The notes beneath the pieces are model-generated. The model saw only the letters and a list, made by a program, of their open reading frames with translations, was not told where the DNA came from and did no database searches. Below, one piece after another: positions 53,351-61,975 of a stretch of 64,000 bases of DNA (within the stretch, counting starts at the first letter, position 1; each line of letters opens with the position of its first letter). Position numbers and translations under genes: made by a program. Origin of the DNA: an uncultured Solirubrobacteraceae bacterium (GTDB taxonomy: Bacteria > Actinomycetota > Thermoleophilia > Solirubrobacterales > Solirubrobacteraceae); contig CAVTKR010000005.1 in assembly GCA_963735435.1 (NCBI GenBank), forward strand, positions 674,319 to 738,318, written 5' to 3'.

Positions 53351-55642
53351 CTATCGAAGCACGATCGGCCTGTCGAGCCGAATTTCGGATGTTCGGGCCT
53401 TCGGCTTGGACCCTAGGCGATCACCCGGATGTACGAGCACGGACGTGTCACTGCTCACGCGAGCTCTTGCGGCCTGGAGCAGGATCGCCTCGTTCAGCCG
53501 CGCCACGTCGACGCGCCCGCCCCGCCGTGCGATCTCGAGCGCCTGCCTGGTCAGCGGATCGCGGGGGTTGAGCGCGGCGGCCCGCGCCAGCAGCGCGAGC
53601 GCGCGAGCCCGTTCTCCCCGCGTCGAAGCGATCGCACCGCGCTCCAGCGTCGCGTAGGCGTCATCCGGCGAGCGCGACAGAGCGCGCGCGAATTCACGGT
53701 CGGCGCGTGCCAGTTCGTCGCGGCGCACGGCGATCGAGCCCGCAACGAGATTGGGCTGCGCGCTCCACGGGTTCAGTCCGGCGGCGTCTTCCAGGCGGGC
53801 GTAGGCGGTGCCCGGCGAACGGGTCCAGATGCGCGCCGCCTGCTCGACCTCCAACCCACTGAGCCACGGCCCGAGCAGGGCCAGCGCGGCGCCGAGGAAC
53901 ACCAGGGCGGCGAGGATCGTGGCGGCGATCACCGCCGGGCGACCGGCACGCCTGCGGCCGGGCTGGGCCCCCGGCGCCGGGCGCGTGCCCTCGCCCCTCG
54001 ACGTTGTGCCCGCGGCATCGGGCCCGTCCGACGCGGCCTGCCGCTCCTTCTCGCCGTCCGCCGGGCGCCCGCGTCCGGGGGCCGTCTCTCCTCGCACCTC
54101 GCTGTCGCGAGCGCTCGCACGCTCTCCGCGCGGCACCAGCGCGCAGGCGAGCCCCAGCATCGCGAACGCGGGCGCACCGAGGCCGGCGAACTCCCAGAAC
54201 CAGTCGACCGAGCCGTGGATCACCCAGTAGCCGAAGCCCGCCAGGGCGGCTGCGGCGACGCCGGCGGCCAGGCGGTCCGGCGAGCGGGCCGCGCGCATCG
54301 CCGCCAACAGCGCCGCGCCGAGCCCGATCAGGGCCAGCAGGGTTCCGATCACGCCTGTCTGGGAGAGCGTGCGCAGCTCGACGCTGTGCGGGTAGCGGGG
54401 CGTCTCGCCGCTGTGGCCGTGTCGCAGGTACTGCTGCTGGAAGTTGTCGGCTCCGATCCCGGCCGCGGGGTGGGCCCGGAATTCGTCGAGCGCGACGCGA
54501 AAGAAGTCGTAGCGGTTGCTGCCGAGACCGCTGAGCAGCCGGTTGCCGCCGCCGATCCCGTAGCCGCCCTTGAAGCTGTGCCAGGCTTTTTCCGCGCGCG
54601 TGACCGGGTTGCCCGCGGCGACGAGCCCGCCCGCGACCACCGCGACGAGTGCGACGATCGCCGCCGCCGCGGTGAGCCGGTGCAGGAGCCCGGGCGGGCC
54701 GGGCGCGTGGCCCGCGCGGCGCGCCTCCAGCGCCGCGCCGCCGGCGACGAGCAGCGTCACGACGAGCGCTGCCAGCAGCGTGGCAGTGCTCGCGGTGTGC
54801 ACGCGAGAGGGCACGGCTTCGCCCGCGCGCAGGTGGTCCCCCACGCGAAGCACCGCGGGGAGCGCCGCCGCCACGCCGGCCGCGACCGGCACGAGCAGCG
54901 CGAAGGTCCGCGTCCGTCCGGGCAGCAGGGCGAAGACGAGCACGGCGGTGATCGGCGTGGCGTAGAGCGAGCCGCGACTCTGGCTGAGCACCGCGACCTC
55001 GGCGAGCACCACCGCCGAGCCGGCCAGCAGGCCGCGCAGGGCCCACGGGAGCCGGCGCTCGCGCGCCAGAAGCAGCGCCGGCCAGAACGCCATCAGCCAC
55101 TCGGCGGCGTTCGCGTTGGGGTACCCGCTCGGGTACTCGAGCCGTCCCCCGGGGATCGCGGAGGCAAGGGTCGCGTGGGAAGCACCCGCGAGGTGCAGAA
55201 GCACGTACAGGGACAGGCCGGCGATGCAGAGCGTCCAGACGACCAGCAGCACCGCGGCGGTCGTCCCGCGCTGGGGCCACCAGGCGAAGAGCACGAACAC
55301 CAGCAGGTAGAGCAGCGTGCGGTCGGCCCCTTCGAAGGCGTCGCCGGGCGACGCGGCCCACGCGATCGAGAGGTAGCTGAACGCCGTGTAGGCGGCGAGC
55401 GCGCCGACCGCCACGAGCACCGGCACGGGGGGGCGGGGACGCCCGCGAAGCGCCACCACTGCGATCCCGAGCAGCACCAGCAGCGCGAGGCCGCCGGGCG
55501 CCCAGTGCGTCAGGGGATAGCCCGCCTGATCGGTTGCCCACACGACGAACAGGGCGATCGCCACCAGGCACGCGACCGTCGCGGGCGCCGCGCGCAACGG
55601 CGCCGTGAGCTTGGCGGTCATCTGCCTTGGAACGATAATCAC
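53351..55642 (-). CDS. O-antigen ligase/polymerase-like membrane protein fused to C-terminal TPR repeats
   Basis: About 12 TM segments with a Wzy_C-like loop (RYPHSVELRTLSQTGVIGTLLAL). After a Pro/Arg/Gly-rich linker and a further TM helix come TPR-like repeats (YARLEDAAGLNPWSAQ...ADREFARALSRSPDDAYATLERG...ALALLARAAALNPRDP). Confidence 0.8.
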   Translation of the reverse strand: MIIVPRQMTAKLTAPLRAAPATVACLVAIALFVVWATDQAGYPLTHWAPGGLALLVLLGIAVVALRGRPRPPVPVLVAVGALAAYTAFSYLSIAWAASPGDAFEGADRTLLYLLVFVLFAWWPQRGTTAAVLLVVWTLCIAGLSLYVLLHLAGASHATLASAIPGGRLEYPSGYPNANAAEWLMAFWPALLLARERRLPWALRGLLAGSAVVLAEVAVLSQSRGSLYATPITAVLVFALLPGRTRTFALLVPVAAGVAAALPAVLRVGDHLRAGEAVPSRVHTASTATLLAALVVTLLVAGGAALEARRAGHAPGPPGLLHRLTAAAAIVALVAVVAGGLVAAGNPVTRAEKAWHSFKGGYGIGGGNRLLSGLGSNRYDFFRVALDEFRAHPAAGIGADNFQQQYLRHGHSGETPRYPHSVELRTLSQTGVIGTLLALIGLGAALLAAMRAARSPDRLAAGVAAAALAGFGYWVIHGSVDWFWEFAGLGAPAFAMLGLACALVPRGERASARDSEVRGETAPGRGRPADGEKERQAASDGPDAAGTTSRGEGTRPAPGAQPGRRRAGRPAVIAATILAALVFLGAALALLGPWLSGLEVEQAARIWTRSPGTAYARLEDAAGLNPWSAQPNLVAGSIAVRRDELARADREFARALSRSPDDAYATLERGAIASTRGERARALALLARAAALNPRDPLTRQALEIARRGGRVDVARLNEAILLQAARARVSSDTSVLVHPGDRLGSKPKARTSEIRLDRPIVLR

Positions 55643-55646
55643 AGGG

Positions 55647-56399
55647 GTGGAGGACTCCGCCGAGCTGATCGGCTTCTACGAGCGCGCGTATTCGCACGAC
55701 GGTCCGGAGGCGGACTCATATGCGCGCTGGCGCGCGCTCAGCGCCGTCGGGAAGGCCGACCACGTGGTCGCCCTGTGCCGCCGGACGGGCATCGCTCCGG
55801 CGACGACACTCGATGTCGGCTGCGGGGACGGGGCGCTCCTCTGCGAGCTCCGCCGGCGTGGCTTCGGCGGCACCCTCTCGGGCCTCGAGATCTCAGAGCC
55901 GGCGGCCGAGATCGCCCGGCGAGCCCTTCCCGATGCGGACGTCGGGCTGTTCGACGGCGTGCGCCTGCCGCTCCGAGACGGCTCACGCGAGCTCGGCATC
56001 CTCTCGCACGTCCTCGAGCACGTTCCCGACCCGCCGGCGCTGCTGGCCGAGGTCGCGCGGGTCTGCGCCGCGGTCGTGTTCGAGGTGCCGCTCGAGGACA
56101 ACGTCTCGGCGCGGCGCGCCTCCAAGCGCGTCCACGCCGAGGAGATCGGCCACCTGCAGCGACTCTCGCGCGAGACGGCGCGCGCGATCGCGAGCGCCGC
56201 GGGGCTCCAGCTGGCCGCCGAGCTGGAGGACCCTCTGCCGCTCGAGGTTCACCGCTTCTTCGCCGAGGGCCGCGCCGCGCGGAGCGCGGCGACGGCGAAG
56301 TGGGCGGTGCGCGCCGGCACCGAGCGCCTCGCGCCCGCGCTCGCGCGGCGCGCGTTCACGCTCCACTACGCGGCGCTGTGCCTCCCGCGGGGCGCGTGA
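55647..56399 (+). CDS. Class I SAM-dependent methyltransferase
   Basis: Motif I TLDVGCGDGALLCEL. GTG 55647 chosen to avoid overlapping the divergent gene; the ORF-track start is 55605. Confidence 0.75.
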   Translation: MEDSAELIGFYERAYSHDGPEADSYARWRALSAVGKADHVVALCRRTGIAPATTLDVGCGDGALLCELRRRGFGGTLSGLEISEPAAEIARRALPDADVGLFDGVRLPLRDGSRELGILSHVLEHVPDPPALLAEVARVCAAVVFEVPLEDNVSARRASKRVHAEEIGHLQRLSRETARAIASAAGLQLAAELEDPLPLEVHRFFAEGRAARSAATAKWAVRAGTERLAPALARRAFTLHYAALCLPRGA

Positions 56400-57018
56400 C
56401 GGCGGACAGCAGCAGCCCCAGCACTTCACCCATCAGCTCGTCCGGCACCGCCTCGGGGTCGGCGAGCTTCTGGCGCGCGATGCCATCGGCCAGCGCGTCG
56501 ATCACGATCGCCAGGTGCTCGGCGGGGATCGTCAGCTCGAGGTCGAAGTCGCGCGCGCCCTCGGCGAGCAGGCCGGTGAGCAGGCCGCGCGTCTTGGCGA
56601 AGCAGGCGGCGACGTGCCCGCGCATCCGCTCGTCACGGGCGCCGTAGGCCCAGAACTCGGTGAACAGCAGCAGCGTCTCGGACTCGCGCTCGATCATCGC
56701 CATCCACTGCCGTGCGCCACCGGCGGCCCGCTCGGAGATCGACGCGCGTTCGCGCACCGCGGCGGCGATTTCCTCGCCGTGCTTGGCGACCTCGCGCCCC
56801 ATCAGCTCCAGGAACAGGTCCTCCTTGCCCTCGAAGTTCGAGTAGAGGGCTCCGGTCGAATAACCCGCCTCGGAGGCGATCTCCTCGACTGACGCGCCGT
56901 GGAAGCCGCCGCGCGCGAACACGCTGCGGGCGGCGTCCAGGAGCCGCGCGCGCGTCTGGGCGCGGCTCTGCTCGCGCGTCATGCGGGCGCCTGCCGGAAT
57001 CGCAGCCATCGCCGTCAT
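56356..57018 (-). CDS. TetR/AcrR family transcriptional regulator
   Basis: N-terminal HTH: RARLLDAARSVFARGGFHGASVEEIASEAGYSTGALYSNFEGKEDLF. Confidence 0.9.
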   Translation of the reverse strand: MTAMAAIPAGARMTREQSRAQTRARLLDAARSVFARGGFHGASVEEIASEAGYSTGALYSNFEGKEDLFLELMGREVAKHGEEIAAAVRERASISERAAGGARQWMAMIERESETLLLFTEFWAYGARDERMRGHVAACFAKTRGLLTGLLAEGARDFDLELTIPAEHLAIVIDALADGIARQKLADPEAVPDELMGEVLGLLLSAVTRPAGGTAPRSGA

Positions 57019-57023
57019 CTTAC

Positions 57024-57061
57024 TTGACAGAGCGAACGCTATTCCGATAACGTCCGTTATC
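57024..57061 (+). promoter_or_regulatory. Candidate promoter -35 box plus palindromic TetR operator in the divergent intergenic region
   Basis: TTGACA at 57024-57029. Perfect palindrome GATAACG-TC-CGTTATC at 57046-57061, lying between the TetR gene (start 57018) and the R2-like gene (GGAGG at 57076, ATG 57088). Confidence 0.5.
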
Positions 57062-57087
57062 CAACCTTCGTAGACGGAGGAGACCGC

Positions 57088-58395
57088 ATGGCCAGCGCGA
57101 CCGCCCCCACCCCAGACATCGGCTCACTCCCCACAGACGCGATCTCCTACGAGGACCTCTACGCGCGCTGGGAGCGCGGCAACTGGAAGGCGACCGAGCT
57201 CGATTTCACCGAGGACGCGCGGCAGTGGCGCGAGGACTTCACAGACTTCGAGCGCCAGGCGGCGATCTGGAACTACTGCCTGTTCTTCTGGGGCGAGGAC
57301 GCGGTCGCCGACAACCTGTCCCCCTACATCGACGCCGCGCCGCTGGAGGAGCAGAAGTACTTCCTGACCACGCAACAGGTCGACGAGGCGCGGCACGCCG
57401 TGTTCTTCAAGCGCTTCATGCAGGAGGTGTGCGGGATCGGCGACGGCACGATGGCGAGCGGGCTGCAGGCGATCCGCCCCCAGCTCACCCCGGGCTTCCG
57501 CAAGATCTTCGACCGCCTCGACACGATGGCCGACGAGCTGCGCAAGGACCGCTCGCCCGCGAAGCTCGCGGCCGCCGTGACCCTCTACCACGTGGTGATC
57601 GAGGCCTCGCTCGCGCAACCGGGCCAGCACTTCATCTGCAGCTACCTGGAGCGCCGCGACCAGCTACCGGCGTTCCGCGAGGGGATGGAGAACATCGCCG
57701 CCGACGAGCAGCGCCACATCGGCTTCGGTGTGAAGCTCCTCTCCGACCTGAACCGCGAAGACCCCGTCGGCGTCCCCAAGGCGGTCGCCGCGCTGCTGCG
57801 CGACGTCACGCGGTACACCGCCCAGGTGCTGATGCCGCCCGGCTGGGACGAGCGCTACATCACCATGTTCGGCTCGAGCTACGACGAGGTCGGCGTCGAG
57901 GGCGTCACCTCGATGGTCACGAAGCTGCGCTCCGCCGGCCTGCCGGTCGAGTCCCTGCCGGGGCCGCCGCTGCTGCCGCCCGGTCTGACGCCGCTCGAGC
58001 TCTCCCAGCGCGGCCGCGCGCTCGCGAAAGCGAACGTTCTCGGCGTGCGCCAGGGGCCGACGAACCGCGACCCCGAGACGGTCGCGTTGATGTTCGACAC
58101 CGTCCGGCGCACGGTCAACCCCGACCACGGCCTGCGCCGGCCCGCGACCTTCCAGTGGGAGTTCACCGATCCCGACGTCGCCACCTGGCACCTGCGCGTC
58201 GACAACGGGTCGAGCAGCGTCGCCGAAGGCGAGGCCGAGAACCCTGACCTGCGCCTGAGCATCGCCTGGCAGGACTGGGCGGACATCGTGGGCCAGCGGC
58301 TGAACCCGCTCCGCGCGGTGGCGACCGGCCGCCTGCGCCCGCGCGGCAACCCGCTCGGTCTGCACAAGCTGACCAAGGTGTTCCCGCAGAGCTAG
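57088..58395 (+). CDS. Ferritin-like diiron protein (ribonucleotide reductase R2-like) fused to a C-terminal SCP2 sterol-carrier domain
   Basis: Two ExxH motifs (VDEARHAVFF and ADEQRHIGFG) plus the intervening carboxylates (FFWGED, VIEAS). The C-terminal ~100 aa (FQWEFTD...WHLRVDNG...LSIAWQDWADIVGQRLNPLRAVATGRLRPRGNP..L.KL) follow the SCP2 pattern. Confidence 0.75.
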   Translation: MASATAPTPDIGSLPTDAISYEDLYARWERGNWKATELDFTEDARQWREDFTDFERQAAIWNYCLFFWGEDAVADNLSPYIDAAPLEEQKYFLTTQQVDEARHAVFFKRFMQEVCGIGDGTMASGLQAIRPQLTPGFRKIFDRLDTMADELRKDRSPAKLAAAVTLYHVVIEASLAQPGQHFICSYLERRDQLPAFREGMENIAADEQRHIGFGVKLLSDLNREDPVGVPKAVAALLRDVTRYTAQVLMPPGWDERYITMFGSSYDEVGVEGVTSMVTKLRSAGLPVESLPGPPLLPPGLTPLELSQRGRALAKANVLGVRQGPTNRDPETVALMFDTVRRTVNPDHGLRRPATFQWEFTDPDVATWHLRVDNGSSSVAEGEAENPDLRLSIAWQDWADIVGQRLNPLRAVATGRLRPRGNPLGLHKLTKVFPQS

Positions 58396-58620
58396 CCGGC
58401 GGCGGCGACGGCGCCCTCCTGGCGCCGGCAGCAACGCGCTTCGATCGCCTCGCCCTCGCCCACGCGGGCCGCAAGGGTGACCCTGAGCTCGCCCGGCACC
58501 CGATGCTGCTGGCGCGCACCCGCCGGAGGTGTTTGACCAGCACCCAGTCGCCGCGCGCTTGGATCCGCTCGATGATCAGCCCGCCCTCGAAGTCCTTCCA
58601 GATGCGCGGGAACTCGAGCG

Positions 58621-59919
58621 CTAGCCGGGGCCGAACTCGCGTTCGGCGGCGCCGGCGTTCGCGCTCGCGGCGCGCGCCGCGGTGCCGGCGACCGGTTCGG
58701 GCCGTCCCGGCGACGGCACCTGCTCGGGCGTGAACTCACGGTTCTGCGCCCGCGGGAGAGCCGGTACGCGTGCGGCCGGGGTGCGGACGGGACGTGCGGG
58801 CGTCGCCGGGACGGCCAAACGCGCGGCGGCGGCGCGGTGGCCGCCACCCGCCGGGAGGACCGGTGGCGCAACGTGCGATGCGGCGCGAGCGCGTTGGCCG
58901 TGGTGAGCACCCGAGCGCCCGAGGGCGACGCAGCCCGCTCCGACCCCGAGCGTCAAAAGACAGCCGGCCGCGAGCTTCGCTGCGAGACCGCCGCCGCCGA
59001 GCGCCCACCCGCCGCCGGCGGCGCCGCTGCCCGCCGCCGCCGAGGCCCCGAGCGGAGCCTGGCCGACCGCCGTTGGTGCGAGACCGACCCTGCCGCCGTG
59101 CGAGGCGCCGGCCGCGAGCGCGGCCAGACCGAGCTTTCCCGCGCCCGGCAGCGTCAGCACCGGCGGCAGCGCAACGGCCAGACCGCGCAGCGACGCCACT
59201 CGTCGCCGGCAGGCCGGGCATGCGTGCAGGTGAGCGAGGGCGATGCGATGGCGCTCACCGTCCGGCTCGAGCATCCCGAACGCCAGGGCGCGCATGAGCG
59301 ACTCCTGCTCGCCGCAGAACTCCCCGGCGGCGATCGTCGCCGCCAGCGCCCCGACCTTCTGCGAGACCCCTGCCCGTCCCGCCCCGGGACCCTCCATCAG
59401 CTTGCGCATGCGCGTCTCGCTGATGCCCATCCGCCGCGCGGCCTCCGCGCGCGAATAGCCGTGCAGGTAGCAGAGGGCCGCAGCTTCGCGCTCGCGCAGG
59501 TCGAGCCGGCAGCGCATCCCCTCGAGCAGGTGTCGCAGGCGCGTCCGCGCGTCCAGCTCGGCGTCGACGTCGCGCTCCGCGGCGAGGTCGGGGTCGAGCG
59601 TGGTCTCGGTCCGGCGGGCGGCGCGCAGCTCCTCGATCGCCCGCCGGTAGGTGACGAGGGCGAGCCAGGCGGCCGGGTTCTCGATCGTCCGGCCGCGCAC
59701 CGTCTCGCCGTAGAGGCCCTGCCAGGCGCCGGCATAGCAGGCCTCGAGGTCCGCGCGGTCGAGCGAGCCGCCGCTCGCGCGCAGCCTCGCGGCGACGATC
59801 GCGAGGACACTGCTGCGAAGGGCGTGGAAGTCGCGCTCGAGCAGCCGCTCTGCTCTGTAGGTGCGAAGCGCAGCCGGACTCACGGCGCCCGAGGCTACGG
59901 ACGCGGCGGTGCCGCGCAA
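58621..59919 (-). CDS. ECF-type sigma-70 factor fused to a ZAS anti-sigma motif, a TM segment and a Pro/Ala-rich C-terminal tail
   Basis: Region 2 (YAGAWQGLYGE...NPAAWLALVTYRRAIEELR). Region 4 HTH (LREREAAALCYLHGYSRAEAARRMGISETRMRKLM). H-x3-C-x2-C (HLHACPAC, 59209-59232). Hydrophobic segment LAAKLAAGCLLTLGVGAGCVAL. Start is TTG 59919 or GTG 59883. Confidence 0.8.
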   Translation of the reverse strand: MRGTAASVASGAVSPAALRTYRAERLLERDFHALRSSVLAIVAARLRASGGSLDRADLEACYAGAWQGLYGETVRGRTIENPAAWLALVTYRRAIEELRAARRTETTLDPDLAAERDVDAELDARTRLRHLLEGMRCRLDLREREAAALCYLHGYSRAEAARRMGISETRMRKLMEGPGAGRAGVSQKVGALAATIAAGEFCGEQESLMRALAFGMLEPDGERHRIALAHLHACPACRRRVASLRGLAVALPPVLTLPGAGKLGLAALAAGASHGGRVGLAPTAVGQAPLGASAAAGSGAAGGGWALGGGGLAAKLAAGCLLTLGVGAGCVALGRSGAHHGQRARAASHVAPPVLPAGGGHRAAAARLAVPATPARPVRTPAARVPALPRAQNREFTPEQVPSPGRPEPVAGTAARAASANAGAAEREFGPG

Positions 59920-60007
59920 CCCGGCGGTCCCGCGGGCGGCGCCGCATCCCGCGGATGCAGGGAAAACGCGCGAGCGCGTCTGGAGCGGATGTCTCCGACC
60001 GCCTAGA

Positions 60008-61078
60008 TCAAGCGTCCAGCGCCGCCGCGAAGGCGTCGATCTGCCCGAGGGTGCAAGCGCGCATGTCCTCGCCGGCGCGCTCGCGCCGATGCCATTCCAC
60101 GGTCCGCTCCAGGGCCTCCTCGATGCCCCAGGGAGGGCGCCAGCCGAGCTCCCGCTCGGCGGCTCCGGAGTCGAGCAGCAGATGCGCCGCCTCCGGTGGC
60201 TGAGGCGTCGTGTCGGCGACCCAGCTCAGCTCGCCCTGCCACAGCTCGGCGAGCCGCCCTGCGATCCAGCCGACCGAACGGGCCTCGCCTGCCGCCGGCC
60301 CGAAGTTCCAGGGCCGCTCCGCGCGCTCAGAGCGACACAGCTCCTGGGCCAGGAGGAGATAGCCGGCGAGCGGGTTGAGCACGTGCTGCCAGGGACGCAC
60401 CGCATCGACGTTGCGCACGCGCAGCGGCACGGCCTCCTCGACCGCCTTGACAGCGTCGGGAAGCAGGCGGTCCTCTCCGCGATCGCCGCCGCCGACCACG
60501 TTGCCCGCGCGGGCGGTGGCGAGGCGCGCGCCGCCGCCGAGCGGACCGAAGGAGCGCCGGTAGGCCGAAGTCAGGAGCTCCGCGCAGGCCTTCGAGCTCG
60601 AATACGGGTCACTCCCGCCGAGCGCGTCGTCCTCGGTGAAAGGGCGCCGCCGCGCGGCACTGTTCTCGTAGCACTTGTCGGAGGTGACGACGACCACGGC
60701 TCCGACCGGCGCGCCGCTCGTACGCACCGCCTCGAGGACGTTGACCGTTCCCATCACGTTGACCTCGTAGGTGCCCGCCGGGTCGCGCAGCGACCGCCGT
60801 AGGAGCGGCTGCGCGGCGAGGTGGATCACGACCTCGGGACGCGCGGCGGCAAGCGCGCCGGCAACGGCGGCGCCGTCACGGATGTCCGCGGCGTGCTCCT
60901 CGACACGCTCGCCGGCCCGGGCCCGCTCGTAGAGCGAGCCTGCCTGCGCGGGCGGGGCCAGACCCGCGACCTCGGCGCCGAGCGAACCGAGCCAGAGCGA
61001 GAGCCACGCGCCCTTGAACCCCGTGTGGCCGGTGACGAGAACGCGCCGGCCGCGCCAGAAGTCGGGGTCGATCGCCAC
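60008..61078 (-). CDS. rfbG: CDP-glucose 4,6-dehydratase
   Basis: VAIDPDFWRGRRVLVTGHTGFKGAWLSLWL N-terminus, YSSSK (YxxxK), and a C-terminal tail typical of RfbG. GTG 61078 chosen; the rest of the 721-aa ORF (to 62173) is Arg-rich antisense of the next genes. Confidence 0.85.
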   Translation of the reverse strand: MAIDPDFWRGRRVLVTGHTGFKGAWLSLWLGSLGAEVAGLAPPAQAGSLYERARAGERVEEHAADIRDGAAVAGALAAARPEVVIHLAAQPLLRRSLRDPAGTYEVNVMGTVNVLEAVRTSGAPVGAVVVVTSDKCYENSAARRRPFTEDDALGGSDPYSSSKACAELLTSAYRRSFGPLGGGARLATARAGNVVGGGDRGEDRLLPDAVKAVEEAVPLRVRNVDAVRPWQHVLNPLAGYLLLAQELCRSERAERPWNFGPAAGEARSVGWIAGRLAELWQGELSWVADTTPQPPEAAHLLLDSGAAERELGWRPPWGIEEALERTVEWHRRERAGEDMRACTLGQIDAFAAALDA

Positions 61079-61117
61079 GCGGCGAGGTATCTTCACGGAA
61101 TCGAAGCCGCGCGTGCA

Positions 61118-61918
61118 GTGTCCCTCCCGAGCGACGGATCGCCCACCCTGCCCGAGCGCGCCGAGGTGCTCGGCGTCCCGCTCGCGGTCAGCGACTACGA
61201 CGAGGTCGTGGCCTGGATGGAGGCGACGATCGCCGCCGGCGGGCGCGGCTACATCACCGCCGCCGCCGTGAACCTCGTGATGAGCGCCCGCGAGGAACCC
61301 GACACCGCCGCGGCCGTTGACGCGGCGACGCTCGCCGTGCCGGACGGCCAGCCGCTGGTCTGGGCGCTCAAGGCGCTCGGACACCGCCGCGCGAGGAGGA
61401 TCTACGGGCCTGACCTGATGGCGGCGTTCTGCGCGCGAGCCGCCGAGCGCGAGATCCCGATCTACCTCTACGGCGGTCGCACGCCGGAGGCGCTCGCGCT
61501 GCTGCAGGCGCGCCTTCGCGAGCGCTTCCCCGGATTGCCGATCGCCGGCGCCTACTCGCCTCCGTTCAGAGAGCTCACCGCGCATGAGAGCGAGGCGCTG
61601 GCACGGCAGATCGACGCCTCGGGGGCGGCCGTGGTGTGGGTCGGGACCGGGCAGCCCAAGCAGGAGCGCTGGATGCACGAGATGCGCCCACGTCTCGCGG
61701 CGCCGCTGCTGGCCGGGGTCGGGGCCGCCTTCGACTTCCATGCGGGGCTCGTGCGCCAGGCGCCGCCCTGGATGCAGCGCGCCGGCCTGGAGTGGGCCTA
61801 CCGGCTGATGCGGGAGCCGCGGCGGCTGTGGCGGCGCTACGCGCGTTACAACCCCCGTTTCGTTGCTGCCTTCGCGGCTCAGTACGCCCGCTATTTGCGC
61901 GCCCGTGTGCGGCGCTGA
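61118..61918 (+). CDS. WecB/TagA/CpsF family glycosyltransferase (GT26)
   Basis: VLGVPLAVSDYDEVVAWME...AVNLVMSAREEP...VPDGQPLVWA...IYLYGG...VVWVGTGQPKQERWM pattern. GTG 61118 chosen. Confidence 0.8.
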   Translation: MSLPSDGSPTLPERAEVLGVPLAVSDYDEVVAWMEATIAAGGRGYITAAAVNLVMSAREEPDTAAAVDAATLAVPDGQPLVWALKALGHRRARRIYGPDLMAAFCARAAEREIPIYLYGGRTPEALALLQARLRERFPGLPIAGAYSPPFRELTAHESEALARQIDASGAAVVWVGTGQPKQERWMHEMRPRLAAPLLAGVGAAFDFHAGLVRQAPPWMQRAGLEWAYRLMREPRRLWRRYARYNPRFVAAFAAQYARYLRARVRR

Positions 61919-61975
61919 GGCCTGGCGCGGTGGTTGCGTGCCGGCGCGCGCCACGCCGCTAACCTCAAGGCTCAG

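Noticed and set aside
53429-56647. 1072-aa plus-strand ORF, and the 667-aa minus-strand ORF 53694..55697
   Set aside because: Despite their length, both are shadow frames of the Wzy-TPR gene and the methyltransferase gene. The products are dominated by Arg, Gly, Ala and Pro with no motifs.
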